Source: Candidatus Hermodarchaeota archaeon
Lineage (GTDB): Archaea > Asgardarchaeota > Heimdallarchaeia > Hodarchaeales > Hodarchaeaceae
Assembly: GCA_048886185.1 (NCBI GenBank)
Contig: JBHLKY010000007.1
Coordinates: 150,001 to 182,000 of the forward strand
DNA length: 32,000 nt
Direction of reading: 5' to 3'
Shown here: positions 9,484-19,344 of the stretch, one piece after another
Layout of the letters: each line of letters opens with the position of its first letter
Position numbering within the stretch: position 1 is the stretch's first letter
The notes under the pieces: generated by a model
Database searches by the model: none
The model's input: only the letters and a program-made list of their open reading frames with translations
Told to the model about the DNA's origin: nothing
Translations under genes and position numbers: made by a program

Positions 9484-11565
9484 ATGGATCAGAATAGACA
9501 AGCTAATCAATTAGCTAATGAAACAAGTCCTTATCTTCGTCAACATATGTATAATCCAGTCGAATGGTATCCATGGGAGGAAGGTTTGGCGAAAGCAAAG
9601 CAAAAAAATAAGCCATTACTAATCTCAATAGGTTATGCGGCTTGTCATTGGTGTCATGTCATGGAAAAGGAATCATTCGAGGATCCTGAGACTGCTGTAC
9701 TAATGAATGAGCTATTTATCAACATCAAAATTGATCGTGAAGAACGGCCAGATTTAGATTCATTTTACCAAAAAGCTGTTTCATTGATAACTAGAAGAGG
9801 GGGAGGATGGCCTCTTACTGTTTTTGCAACACCTTCAGGTGAGGCATTTCGGGGAGGAACATATTTTCCTAAGAAGGCGATGTATGGACTTCCGAGCTTT
9901 AAACAAGTACTTAAAAGCGTAGCAAGTGAGTATCAAAGAAAGAATAATCAAATTCAAGATATCTCACAAAATGTTATTTCAAATCTGAAAATGCAGTCAA
10001 GTACCGCAGCTGCAACCGATATATCACCTCTGAGTGATGTTCTCGATTCATCAATGATCCAATTAGTAGATCAAATTGATAATATCTTTGGTGGGTTTGG
10101 ATTTCAACCAAAATTTCCTCAAGTGACTGAATTACGATTCTTACTGCTTTCCTATTATCGGCATAAAAAAAATCGAGAATTGCTTAAGCCAATCACATTA
10201 ACTCTCGATAACATGGCTGCAGGAGGAATTTATGATCATTTAGGGTATGGTTTTCACAGATACTCAGTCGATCGAAAGTGGTTAATTCCTCATTTTGAGA
10301 AAATGCTTTACGATAATGCTCAACTTATTGACTTATATTTGGAAGCTTATCAAGTTACAAAACGTCCTAGATATGCAGAGATCGCTAGAGAAATAATAGA
10401 ATATCTTTGTCGTGAAATGAGGCATTTTGAGCATGGCGGGTTTTACTCCTCCCAAGATGCCGACTCAGAAGGAATCGAGGGGAAATTTTTTATCTGGAAG
10501 CCCCAAGAGATCCTGAATATCCTAGGTGAGAAGGATGGAAGGGAATTTTCTACTTATTATGGGATCACAAAAGATGGTAACTTTGAAAATGGTTATTCTA
10601 TCCTCCATGAAACAGTGGAACTCGGTAGTGCTATTGAAAAGGGTATTTCGTGGAACAAAATTCAGCAGTTAAAACAGAAGTTATTCTTTCACCGTGAAGA
10701 ACGTGAAAAGCCCTTTGTAAATGATAATATTATTGTCTCTTGGAATGCTCTAACCATTCATGCGTTGGCGAGAGCCTCATTTGTATTGAATGAACCTGAT
10801 TATTTGATTATGGCTGAAAAAGCACTTAACTTTATTTTAACACACCTAAGAGATGAATCAGGAAAACTTTTCCGAAACTTTCGTGAAAAAGTGAAATCCT
10901 TAGCTTTTGCAGAGGATTATGCTCTGATGATAAGATCCCTCTTGGAAGTTTTTTCTAGATTAGGAGAGAAAAAATATCTCGATGAGGCGCTGAAGCTACA
11001 AAAAATTCTGGATAAAGAATTTTGGGATCCAACTGATTTTGGGTATTATATTAGTGGTAGCCAGCAAAATGAATTAATAGTCCGCGAAAAACCTGTAGTG
11101 ACGTTTGCTCTTCCTAGTGCAAATGCAGTTAGTCTTAAGAATTTACTTCGTCTGTATCATTTTACAGGGGATGAAATGTTCTTGGAACAAGCAGAAAAAC
11201 AGGCCCATTTTCTTCTAGGCTGGTTTCAAGAGCATGGTTATTTGAGCGGGGATTCATTAATTGCGTTGGATATGTTTCTTAATAAACCCCTTGAGATAAT
11301 CGTTTTTAATGGAAGCGATATTAATGATTCAGATTCAACCGAGAATTTTCTTCGTGCAACATATTTACCTCAATCAGTTTCCATCTATGTTAAACCTGAT
11401 ACGCTCAATGAGTTAAGTCAGCTTCCTTTACTTGAACAAAGGCTTAATTCACAGGATTACCATGAATGGTTTAATGGAACTACATTCATCTGTAGAAATT
11501 TCACTTGCTCCCTCCCTTTAAACAGTGGATTAGATATCGATTTCTATTTAAAAGAGTCTGGATAG
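9484..11565 (+). CDS. yyaL: Thioredoxin domain-containing protein, YyaL/SPATA20 family
   Basis: [43 protein letters not shown] and [13 protein letters not shown]. Confidence 0.93.
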   Translation: MDQNRQANQLANETSPYLRQHMYNPVEWYPWEEGLAKAKQKNKPLLISIGYAACHWCHVMEKESFEDPETAVLMNELFINIKIDREERPDLDSFYQKAVSLITRRGGGWPLTVFATPSGEAFRGGTYFPKKAMYGLPSFKQVLKSVASEYQRKNNQIQDISQNVISNLKMQSSTAAATDISPLSDVLDSSMIQLVDQIDNIFGGFGFQPKFPQVTELRFLLLSYYRHKKNRELLKPITLTLDNMAAGGIYDHLGYGFHRYSVDRKWLIPHFEKMLYDNAQLIDLYLEAYQVTKRPRYAEIAREIIEYLCREMRHFEHGGFYSSQDADSEGIEGKFFIWKPQEILNILGEKDGREFSTYYGITKDGNFENGYSILHETVELGSAIEKGISWNKIQQLKQKLFFHREEREKPFVNDNIIVSWNALTIHALARASFVLNEPDYLIMAEKALNFILTHLRDESGKLFRNFREKVKSLAFAEDYALMIRSLLEVFSRLGEKKYLDEALKLQKILDKEFWDPTDFGYYISGSQQNELIVREKPVVTFALPSANAVSLKNLLRLYHFTGDEMFLEQAEKQAHFLLGWFQEHGYLSGDSLIALDMFLNKPLEIIVFNGSDINDSDSTENFLRATYLPQSVSIYVKPDTLNELSQLPLLEQRLNSQDYHEWFNGTTFICRNFTCSLPLNSGLDIDFYLKESG

Positions 11566-11767
11566 GATAAACCGTAAAAATTCTATTTTTCTCTTCTCTA
11601 CTCTGATAACATCAATTCGAACAGTTTCATCACTCCTTTTCAAGATGACATGAAAGGTACTTATTTTTACAAGACGATCCTTGGCAAACAATAACACTTC
11701 TTGTTCCTAAAAGAGGAATTCTTCCAGTGATCAGAGAGACTTTTCCATCGTTGAAAGTACTTTATAC

Positions 11768-11807
11768 AAAGTACTCCGCATTACATAGTAAAGTACTCCG
11801 CATTACA
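11768..11807 (+). repeat. Perfect 18-bp direct repeat AAAGTACTCCGCATTACA x2 (22-bp period), immediately upstream of a TATA-like box
   Basis: Copies at 11768-11785 and 11790-11807; palindrome AAAGTACTTT at 11754-11763; TTTATAA at 11812-11818. Confidence 0.85.
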
Positions 11808-11842
11808 AAGCTTTATAAGATCTGTTATATGCCAATCTAATT

Positions 11843-12520
11843 GTGAAAACAATGTCTGAGTATCATAAAAACGTTGATTTAAAGGAGATTTCACAAAAAG
11901 TATATCGTAACGAGTATATAGACGGTTTTATATTTATTTTTCTTGGTATTATGCTACTTCTTGCCGCAGGTATAATTAATTTACATCCTGTGTTCTTGAA
12001 CTTGTTAGTTGCGGTATTTATTGCGTTTTTTCCTATAAGTAAAGCATTACGTTCACGTTATACCTATCCACGACTTGGATATTTTAAAGTAAAAACTGAA
12101 GACCTTAAGACTCTAGTTCCAGGAATGTTTTTGTTTTCTTTCTTGGTCATCATTCTATTTCTCGTGCTGCTGATAATTTTTACTGGTGATGATCCCAGAT
12201 CCTTTTACGACTTTGAGAATTGGTATAGATTTCTACCCATTCTTTTTGGTCTTATTATGTTTGGCCCAAGCTTAGATCTAGTTGATAAAACAGGCCAAAG
12301 AATATATTATGGTCTTGGAACGTTTTCAACCATTTTAGGTTTGATAATAGTCTTGTTGAATTTTCAAAATGCCAAATTTGGCTTAACAATCTATTTATTA
12401 CTATTAGGCAGCATTTCTTGTATTATTGGCTTTATAATTTTCATTAGATTCATTAAAAAGTATCCAATAATTGCAGATACAGAACTTCTGGATATGCAGG
12501 AAGATTCCGATGACTCCTAA
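11843..12520 (+). CDS. Hypothetical polytopic membrane protein
   Basis: About six hydrophobic helices; overlaps the start of the downstream regulator. Alternative ATG at 11852. Confidence 0.75.
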   Translation: MKTMSEYHKNVDLKEISQKVYRNEYIDGFIFIFLGIMLLLAAGIINLHPVFLNLLVAVFIAFFPISKALRSRYTYPRLGYFKVKTEDLKTLVPGMFLFSFLVIILFLVLLIIFTGDDPRSFYDFENWYRFLPILFGLIMFGPSLDLVDKTGQRIYYGLGTFSTILGLIIVLLNFQNAKFGLTIYLLLLGSISCIIGFIIFIRFIKKYPIIADTELLDMQEDSDDS

Positions 12521-12863
12521 GAAAAAGGCTAGTATTTTTCCAATCGATATGAAAACCATTGACAAGATTGACAGGACTTTACACGATCCATCTCGGTTAA
12601 AGATCATTGCATATTTATATTCATTAAAAGAAACTGATTTTAGTTTTTTAAAAAATCAGACTGAGTTTAGTTGGGGGAAATTAGCCTCCCACCTAGATAA
12701 ACTACAAGAGGAGGGTTATGTCGTGCTAAAGAAAGAACTCGTTCAGAAGAAGAAAAGTTCAAAGAAAACACCTAGAACTTTCATTAGCTTGACAATTGAA
12801 GGAAGGAGAGCATTTGACAAGTATAGAGAGTCTATGCAACAACTCTTGCAATTGGACAAATGA
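12510..12863 (+). CDS. Winged-helix (MarR/ArsR-like) transcriptional regulator
   Basis: LHDPSRLKIIAYL...FSFLKNQTEFSWGKLASHLDKLQEEGYV and PRTFISLTIEGRRAF. ATG 12510 is preferred over 12471. Confidence 0.88.
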   Translation: MTPKKKASIFPIDMKTIDKIDRTLHDPSRLKIIAYLYSLKETDFSFLKNQTEFSWGKLASHLDKLQEEGYVVLKKELVQKKKSSKKTPRTFISLTIEGRRAFDKYRESMQQLLQLDK

Positions 12864-12885
12864 AAAAACTGAAAGTGAAACAGAA

Positions 12886-13695
12886 ATGAGAAATTCTATA
12901 CAACATGAAAATGATATAGTCTTAGAAGTGAGTAATTTAACAAAAAAGTTTGGCCAAACCATAGCAGTTGATCAACTTGCCTTTAAAGTATTCACTGGTG
13001 AAATTTATGGTTTATTAGGACCGAATGGGGCGGGTAAATCGACTACCATTAAATCGATCCTCGGTTTACTTAAAATTGATTCTGGAAATATATCTGTGTT
13101 TGGAGATGACCCTATTAAGACTCCTTCCAAAGTTAAGAAGAACATTGGTTATGTTCCAGAGGAGTTTTCATTATATGAATCTATGACTGTCGCTGAATTG
13201 CTTAGTTTTATTGCCTCATTACGAGGATTAAATCCAGAGATAACTTCTCAAGATGCTGACGAACTTCTTAAATCACTGAATGCGAAAAAGTATTATAATT
13301 CATTATTAGCTAGTCTTAGTCAGGGGAATAAACAAAAGATACAAATTATCTGCGCTTTACTACACAGACCAAATTTATTAATTCTCGATGAACCATTCTC
13401 TGGATTAGATGCACGATCTACAGCGATCTTGAAAAAATTATTTCAAATTCATATAAAAAAAGGGGGATCTATTCTATTTTCGACGCATATTATGGAACAA
13501 GCACAGATTCTATGTACAAGAATTGGCGTAATTAATCAAGGGAAAATGGTTGCTGAAGGAACGTTTGAGGAACTTCAAAATATAGCCCAATCTATCGGAG
13601 CTACATTAGAAGAAGTCTTCTTGAAATTAACAGATCAGGATGAGGTAGCCAATGGAATCATTGCGAATTTAGAGAGACTCGCGGAGAAAATATAA
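12886..13695 (+). CDS. ABC exporter ATP-binding protein
   Basis: Walker A GPNGAGKST, signature LSQGNKQK, Walker B LILDEP and STH switch. ATG 12886 is preferred because it follows the regulator stop. Confidence 0.95.
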   Translation: MRNSIQHENDIVLEVSNLTKKFGQTIAVDQLAFKVFTGEIYGLLGPNGAGKSTTIKSILGLLKIDSGNISVFGDDPIKTPSKVKKNIGYVPEEFSLYESMTVAELLSFIASLRGLNPEITSQDADELLKSLNAKKYYNSLLASLSQGNKQKIQIICALLHRPNLLILDEPFSGLDARSTAILKKLFQIHIKKGGSILFSTHIMEQAQILCTRIGVINQGKMVAEGTFEELQNIAQSIGATLEEVFLKLTDQDEVANGIIANLERLAEKI

Positions 13696-13702
13696 GAAGG
13701 TA

Positions 13703-15472
13703 ATGTACTTGTCAAATTTATCTCGCAGTGAACTCTGGCAGTTCTCAAAAAAAATTCATGAGGAGATCTACTTTCAGACACAATTAGCTACAGGAATTTC
13801 TACAAAAGTGGAAACTATTGAGAAATATGAAAAGAATCTTAAATCTCAAAGGAGATTAACACTTCTTGGAGGCTTGTTTATTTGTTATATTTTGGGAGTT
13901 GTTACAATATTACCGGCAATCGGCATCTTACAATTGGTTTCAATAGACATTACTTCTATTAACTTTGATGTGGTCGTATTTACATTTAGCTTAATACTAT
14001 CGGTTTATAACTTGTATATTTTGTTTATTCTATTCATGGCTAGTTTAATGAATTATGTAACCTTTATGAGAGGAGATTATTTCAGATTATTACGATCTCT
14101 TCCTTTAAGCTCTCATGATATGATCCAGTTAACCCTCTTTGTTTTCTTTCGTATGAATGCTATTCAGCTTATATTCATCCTTTTTGCCCTTCCAATTGTG
14201 GGATTCATTCTGACTCTTTCACCGTTATCTTTTTTTATCCTATTACTAAATAATCTTATTAATTTAGGATTCATTGTACCAGTGCTTGTAATAATCGCTT
14301 GGGTATTGGCTCAAAAAGTTTTTAATAATGCAGAGAAGTCTGCAGTGGGCCCAATTATAACAGTTCTTACAATAGTGGTGTATATATTAACAGTGATCCC
14401 GATATTTTTCCTTATGTCATCTTTATATCATATAATCAATATTTTATTCAATTCTAGTCTTATCACGGGAGAATTTACTCCAGAAATCAATTTTATCCTC
14501 ACATTAATCCCATTCCCTTTTTCTAGCAGTTATTTAACGACAATACTATTATTATTGCCCCCTAGTTCACTATCTCTGTCTTTAATACTGTCTTCTAGTT
14601 CTGGTGTTTTCGTTCTTTTGGGTATCATAACAATCGCTTTCAGGAAAGGGAGTTCATTAATACAAAAATTAGCATTTGAGCCATCTGTTGATAGTTATAA
14701 AGTTATATCAGAAAAAGACATTAGCATACAACTTAAAACTTCCCATCCAGTGTTTACTTTCATGAAAAAAAATTTAAAAATGGTCTTTCGTGATTATGGT
14801 GCTTTAACACTATTTGTATGTGGCTTGCTAATACCATCAATTCTTTTTATGTACTCAATTACGATGCCTAAAAGATACATTGATAGCAGTGGAGGCCAAT
14901 CTTGGTTTATATTATCAATGTTACTTCTTATGCCTGGATTCCTGATATTCATGTTTTTTAACAGTTTAAGACTATCTGAAAGGAATCTAGGAGGATTACT
15001 TTCCACTTTACCCTTTGAAGAAAAGGATCTTTTTCGATCTAAGCAAATTATTATAACAATTGGATGTTTACTCCCTGTTCTATTCATTTTTCTAATTCTT
15101 CAGGATTTTATGACAATTAATATGTATTATGCATCCATTAAAATCTTCTTTGCTAATATTATTGCTGTTTATATTTTTCTTATTCTATATGCTTTCTTTT
15201 TTGGTAAGATAAATAATCGTTATACCTTCACAACAGAGAACACTGAAAATCAAATTCTTAAATGGATAATAATCATGGTGGGCTTAAATGGATGCATTTT
15301 GTGTTATGTAAAACTCACTGAGATTGTTTCAGAATCTTTCTTGCACATTTTTAAATTCTGTTTCATTCTCTTGATTAGCCTGATTTTTATAATCATATTA
15401 GAATTTATTACAAAATGGATCTTTCCCCAAGAACCTTTGGTGAAATCAGTTAAGGGGATAAAACCATCTTAA
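13703..15472 (+). CDS. Large ABC exporter permease (multi-TM)
   Basis: Two hydrophobic halves, an LLRSLPL motif, and position 7 nt after the ATPase gene. Confidence 0.75.
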   Translation: MYLSNLSRSELWQFSKKIHEEIYFQTQLATGISTKVETIEKYEKNLKSQRRLTLLGGLFICYILGVVTILPAIGILQLVSIDITSINFDVVVFTFSLILSVYNLYILFILFMASLMNYVTFMRGDYFRLLRSLPLSSHDMIQLTLFVFFRMNAIQLIFILFALPIVGFILTLSPLSFFILLLNNLINLGFIVPVLVIIAWVLAQKVFNNAEKSAVGPIITVLTIVVYILTVIPIFFLMSSLYHIINILFNSSLITGEFTPEINFILTLIPFPFSSSYLTTILLLLPPSSLSLSLILSSSSGVFVLLGIITIAFRKGSSLIQKLAFEPSVDSYKVISEKDISIQLKTSHPVFTFMKKNLKMVFRDYGALTLFVCGLLIPSILFMYSITMPKRYIDSSGGQSWFILSMLLLMPGFLIFMFFNSLRLSERNLGGLLSTLPFEEKDLFRSKQIIITIGCLLPVLFIFLILQDFMTINMYYASIKIFFANIIAVYIFLILYAFFFGKINNRYTFTTENTENQILKWIIIMVGLNGCILCYVKLTEIVSESFLHIFKFCFILLISLIFIIILEFITKWIFPQEPLVKSVKGIKPS

Positions 15473-15629
15473 ACTAAATTAAAATTGATTAAATTACGTC
15501 CTATATCCTCAAATGCTTATTTACATTATTATCAAGATTCATATAAAATATTTTAAACATTCAATTTCGGTAGGAAAAGATTTTACTAGAATTATAAATC
15601 TAGACTAGGGATTCAAAACTTTCAAAAGA

Positions 15630-16319
15630 TCACTTTACTAAAAACCTGCTAATAAAGGAATTTATTCTCCACCAAATGTAATCAAGCCAATCAGCAAATT
15701 GGTTGATAATAGGTACCTCCATTTTCTCAATTAAAAAAGCAAGTAATATTGTTCCTATAAACCCTAAAACTTTAGAAGAGACATCATGTCCCCAATAAAA
15801 TGCAGCTTCAGCATCCATGTCGAAATATAACACTAAAATTGTTATGGACCAGAAATGGAAGGTTATTCTGAATACATTCATGAAGAATAATACGATAAAT
15901 GTTATTATAGTCGCTTTTAGCTTTGAGGATCTTGATGTTTCGGATACAAAGATAATACTAATGAGTAGAGCTCCTGCCTGCATCGCTGTACATGTTTTAG
16001 AAATATAATACCTACCATTTGTTAGTGGAATAAAAACTCCAGGTGTTTTTTCCGTTGCTTCTAAGAATGGGAAGGATCCTCCTCGAAGCTCCATTGGTAT
16101 AATAAATTGTCCATTGAAGGGTATAGGTTCACTAACAATACCCAACAATGAGAGAAGGAATTGAACGAGATCTCTAATAGGATATTCAAGAAAAACCCAG
16201 TCAGGAACAGTATAAATTAGAAATGTCAAAAAAGAAGCAACAGTAATGGATGTAAGCATAAGTTTGTCATTTTGGAATCTTCTATGTTGATTACTCTCAC
16301 TATTTTTTGTCAAATCCAT
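15630..16319 (-). CDS. Exosortase/archaeosortase family transpeptidase
   Basis: Polytopic protein with Cys (ISKTCTAM), Arg (NVFRI) and His (WGHDV) in exosortase order. ATG 16319 is preferred because longer starts overlap the upstream HTH gene. Confidence 0.8.
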   Translation of the reverse strand: MDLTKNSESNQHRRFQNDKLMLTSITVASFLTFLIYTVPDWVFLEYPIRDLVQFLLSLLGIVSEPIPFNGQFIIPMELRGGSFPFLEATEKTPGVFIPLTNGRYYISKTCTAMQAGALLISIIFVSETSRSSKLKATIITFIVLFFMNVFRITFHFWSITILVLYFDMDAEAAFYWGHDVSSKVLGFIGTILLAFLIEKMEVPIINQFADWLDYIWWRINSFISRFLVK

Positions 16320-16326
16320 CAATATC

Positions 16327-16545
16327 CTATTTCTCTGCAAATATGAAAATATCTTCAATTTTACAGTCAAATAGACGTGCAATCTTGAATGCTAGAGTAA
16401 GAGAAGGGTTATATTTTCCTTTTTCAATAGCGATAACGGTTTGTCTGGTGATGTTCAACTTATTGGCCAATTCTTCCTGTGTTAAACTATTTTCTTTGCG
16501 TAATTCTTTCAAACGGTTTTTAATCCTCATCACCGCGGATTTCAT
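16327..16545 (-). CDS. XRE/Cro-C1 family helix-turn-helix regulator
   Basis: KNRLKELRKENSLTQEELANKLNITRQTVIAIEKGKYNPSLTLAFKIARLF; ATGA overlap with the upstream gene. Confidence 0.95.
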   Translation of the reverse strand: MKSAVMRIKNRLKELRKENSLTQEELANKLNITRQTVIAIEKGKYNPSLTLAFKIARLFDCKIEDIFIFAEK

Positions 16546-16940
16546 GACAACATATTGTACTGGATAAATTCTACAATGACAAATACAATAAAAACAGTAT
16601 TCGTCACAACGAAAAAAGTGTCAAGAGTGCTGATAGTCACTTCAGTCAGAATTTCCACTAAAGCAAGTTGAGTGAGTATAATAATTCCTGCAACAGCAGA
16701 AATGAGATATGCTTGTTCTGCAAGCATTTCAATTCTTTCGTCATCGACTCTTCTACTCTGGAATTTGGCTTCATATATTTTAATTGAAGTAAATACAAAC
16801 CCAATTCCTGTAAGAATAGCACAGGAGAAAATAATATCATTTCTTTTCATCAGAAGAGCCCAAATTGTGATCCCAAAAAATTCAATGAAAATTAATAAAG
16901 AAATGCCTAATTCTGCCTTCCATCGTTTATTAAACGCCAT
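16542..16940 (-). CDS. DUF2178-like small membrane protein
   Basis: Four hydrophobic segments around a VDDERIEMLAEQA motif; translationally coupled to an XRE gene. Confidence 0.7.
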   Translation of the reverse strand: MAFNKRWKAELGISLLIFIEFFGITIWALLMKRNDIIFSCAILTGIGFVFTSIKIYEAKFQSRRVDDERIEMLAEQAYLISAVAGIIILTQLALVEILTEVTISTLDTFFVVTNTVFIVFVIVEFIQYNMLS

Positions 16941-16984
16941 TGTTCGTTCCTACCAGTTGCATTACAGAGTTTTCTTAATAAAAT

Positions 16985-17016
16985 GTAAAGGCCCCTTTAC
17001 GTAAAGCTTCCTTTAC
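16985..17016 (-). promoter_or_regulatory. Two abutting palindromes GTAAAG-N4-CTTTAC (candidate XRE operator) just downstream of a TATA-like box
   Basis: GTAAAGGCCCCTTTAC at 16985-17000 and GTAAAGCTTCCTTTAC at 17001-17016; minus-strand TTTATAAT at 17030-17023. Confidence 0.75.
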
Positions 17017-17364
17017 ATTGATATTATAAATCTTCCTTTAGAGGTTTTAACATAAAATATAATCAGACAACTTGTAATTATACGATCACACTATTGGCAA
17101 CATGGGGATAATGCGATATCCAAGACGACTAGTTTGATGGTAAAGGTTCTAGTAAGTTCAGTTAAATCACTTGTACTCGAGATTTTTTCGAGTGGACGTA
17201 TGTAAGTGGGGAAAGGGAAAAGAAGGAGAGTCTTGGAGAATTTTGGAGAAGACATACACACAGATTGATAGCCTCAACACTTCATTACTTTTTTTACGAA
17301 TCTGCCTATTTTATGTTCCTTCGAGAATCAGCTTAATGCATTGTTTTGTAGACGTGTTGATAAT

Positions 17365-17775
17365 CTAGAGGTATGAGTTAAATGCTACTTTATTTAAAAA
17401 TTTTGTAAATGCACTTGAATCAAGTGGGTGGGAGGGATTTAGCAAGAACTTTTCTTGATTGAGGATAATTTCTAGTGCTGGTGTATTCAGAATTCTTTTT
17501 GTTAGTAAATACTTAATTCCTTTCACTATCCCTGAAATATCTTTAATCTCTAAGGGGATTCCATGTTTTTCACAGTAGTCTTTTGTTGCAATGATAATTT
17601 CTTGTGTTCTAGTGCAATAGAAACTATTTTCTAAATTGGTAGTTGCCTGTGCAAGTCTTTCGTTAACTACAAGTGAATGGCAATCCCCCATCTTACATCC
17701 TTTTTCAATCATTACTGGTTTGGACATTTTACTTACATAGAGGATTACCTGAAAGGTCCTTTTATCCTCCGACAT
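17365..17775 (-). CDS. Hypothetical Cys-containing protein, possibly thioredoxin/glutaredoxin-like fold
   Basis: AGGAG ribosome-binding site before the ATG; pattern VILYV...LEIKDIS...NTPALEI; GCKMGDCH segment. The fold call is weak. Confidence 0.6.
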   Translation of the reverse strand: MSEDKRTFQVILYVSKMSKPVMIEKGCKMGDCHSLVVNERLAQATTNLENSFYCTRTQEIIIATKDYCEKHGIPLEIKDISGIVKGIKYLLTKRILNTPALEIILNQEKFLLNPSHPLDSSAFTKFLNKVAFNSYL

Positions 17776-17787
17776 TTTTTTTTCTCC

Positions 17788-17813
17788 TTAAGATAACTAT
17801 TGTATTATCTTAA
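17788..17813. promoter_or_regulatory. 9-bp perfect inverted repeat TTAAGATAA-N8-TTATCTTAA, candidate operator
   Basis: Lies 12 nt upstream of the ATG at 17775, between a wHTH regulator and the next gene. Confidence 0.55.
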
Positions 17814-17931
17814 ATTTCGGAACGTGCCGTTTTTTAAAAATGTTATCTTTCCTGCAAAAACAAGTATAGAAAAGATTTAATATTAAATAATAGTTCAGAA
17901 AATACTTAGACACTGAGGGAAGTGGTTATGC

Positions 17932-18531
17932 TTATTCAGGGCCAATAAAGCCAAAAAAGAAATTGCCATAGGTTTTCTCATATGTTTCAGGGTCAATAGA
18001 ATCCCTGACATGATGTTTTATCTTGGTATCTAAAAATTCATAAAAACTGTCTAAAAATTGTTGTTCTCTATCCATTGAATAGAATAATAATCCGATTACC
18101 CTAGAAAATCGATTTTCCTCCATTGCTTTCTTTTTGCTTTCTAATATTTCCTCATTTGTTGTATTCAGAGTTTTCCTAATTTCAATTTGTATTAACGTTA
18201 AAATTGTGAAAAGTGAGAATAATTTTATTTCTCTCGGTTTTTCCATGAGTTCTTCTCTCTTTTGAAGGACTTTCTCGAATTCTTTGCTAATACGATATTT
18301 CTTCAGGATTAAAGAATGTTTTACAGTAATTTCTTCAGCTTCAATTAAACCTGATTTTAACATTTCTTTCAAATTATAATACATCTTGGTTTTTTTGAAG
18401 TCAAGAACTTTTATGAGTTCTTTAGCAGTAATTCCTGGTTTCCGGAAGATTTCAGCCCAAATGGCTATTCTTGTAGGGTTCGTCATCAATTTTTCGAAAG
18501 CAGCTATATTCGAAGGCAAATCAGTCACCAA
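17932..18531 (-). CDS. Winged-helix (ArsR-like) transcriptional regulator with C-terminal extension
   Basis: LMTNPTRIAIWAEI...ITAKELIKVLDFKKTKMYYNLKEMLKSGLI. Confidence 0.85.
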   Translation of the reverse strand: MVTDLPSNIAAFEKLMTNPTRIAIWAEIFRKPGITAKELIKVLDFKKTKMYYNLKEMLKSGLIEAEEITVKHSLILKKYRISKEFEKVLQKREELMEKPREIKLFSLFTILTLIQIEIRKTLNTTNEEILESKKKAMEENRFSRVIGLLFYSMDREQQFLDSFYEFLDTKIKHHVRDSIDPETYEKTYGNFFFGFIGPE

Positions 18532-18643
18532 TCTTTACAAAAGTTGGCATTTACTTATTAGTTTTTTAATGAAGGAGGTTATTGGGTAAATAAAATTTCA
18601 AGAATGATTACATCTAGTTTCAACTATGATTTTATATCCTTAT

Positions 18644-19177
18644 TCAACTAATTAATTGTTTTCTTTCTTTAAACATGATAATAAGTCCAGTTATTATAGA
18701 AATAATTAAGAAGAATCCCATTAACATTATCGTTGCTAGAAACATAAACTGAACGTATATCTCAAAAGTTGAAACATAGTTATGCTTGGGTTTTGGTAAA
18801 ATAGGAGATGTATGATCAATAATTCTATATGTACCTGCAGCACTTGTAGCATTAGTCCCCCAAGTGCTTAATGTGATCCTCCACGTTTGAAATTGATCCT
18901 CAAAATTTCCTTTACTAGTGATTTCGTCAGTGATATCATCACTTATTACTGCATGAATCAGTAGTAGTGGTCCTCCTGATGATAACTCTATCTCTACAGT
19001 TACTTTACGAGTCCATTTTTCAAAAATGATTTGATCTTCAGTAGCTGCTAATGAAAAATTTCCTTCTGTAATTGAATAAGGCAGAGGAGCAAAATAAATT
19101 ACATTTATAATAAAATAATAAATTATTATGAAGAAAAAGATAATGAGAGTAAGTTTTATCTTTGTTGAGTTTTTCAT
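18644..19177 (-). CDS. Hypothetical protein with N- and C-terminal TM helices and a small beta-rich external domain
   Basis: Basic N-terminus plus hydrophobic helix; C-terminal hydrophobic helix followed by KERKQ. Confidence 0.7.
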   Translation of the reverse strand: MKNSTKIKLTLIIFFFIIIYYFIINVIYFAPLPYSITEGNFSLAATEDQIIFEKWTRKVTVEIELSSGGPLLLIHAVISDDITDEITSKGNFEDQFQTWRITLSTWGTNATSAAGTYRIIDHTSPILPKPKHNYVSTFEIYVQFMFLATIMLMGFFLIISIITGLIIMFKERKQLIS

Positions 19178-19344
19178 TTTAAATTCCTTAGTTAATGTAA
19201 GACTATTCTAAATTTGCAATGGAATAATTCCTTAAATATCTAATTATAAATGAAAGAAATTCCATAAACAAGTATTCTCAAAGCGAGGACTAATAGATGA
19301 TTAATATATCCACAGATATTTCAGTTACAGACATTCCTTTTTTA

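Noticed and set aside
11768-11807. Possible mini-CRISPR array
   Set aside because: Only two 18-bp copies with a 4-nt gap, no spacers and no cas genes; promoter context fits an operator.
17171-17368. 65-aa plus-strand ORF in the gap
   Set aside because: No recognisable motif or RBS, and it overlaps the end of the opposite-strand gene; likely spurious.
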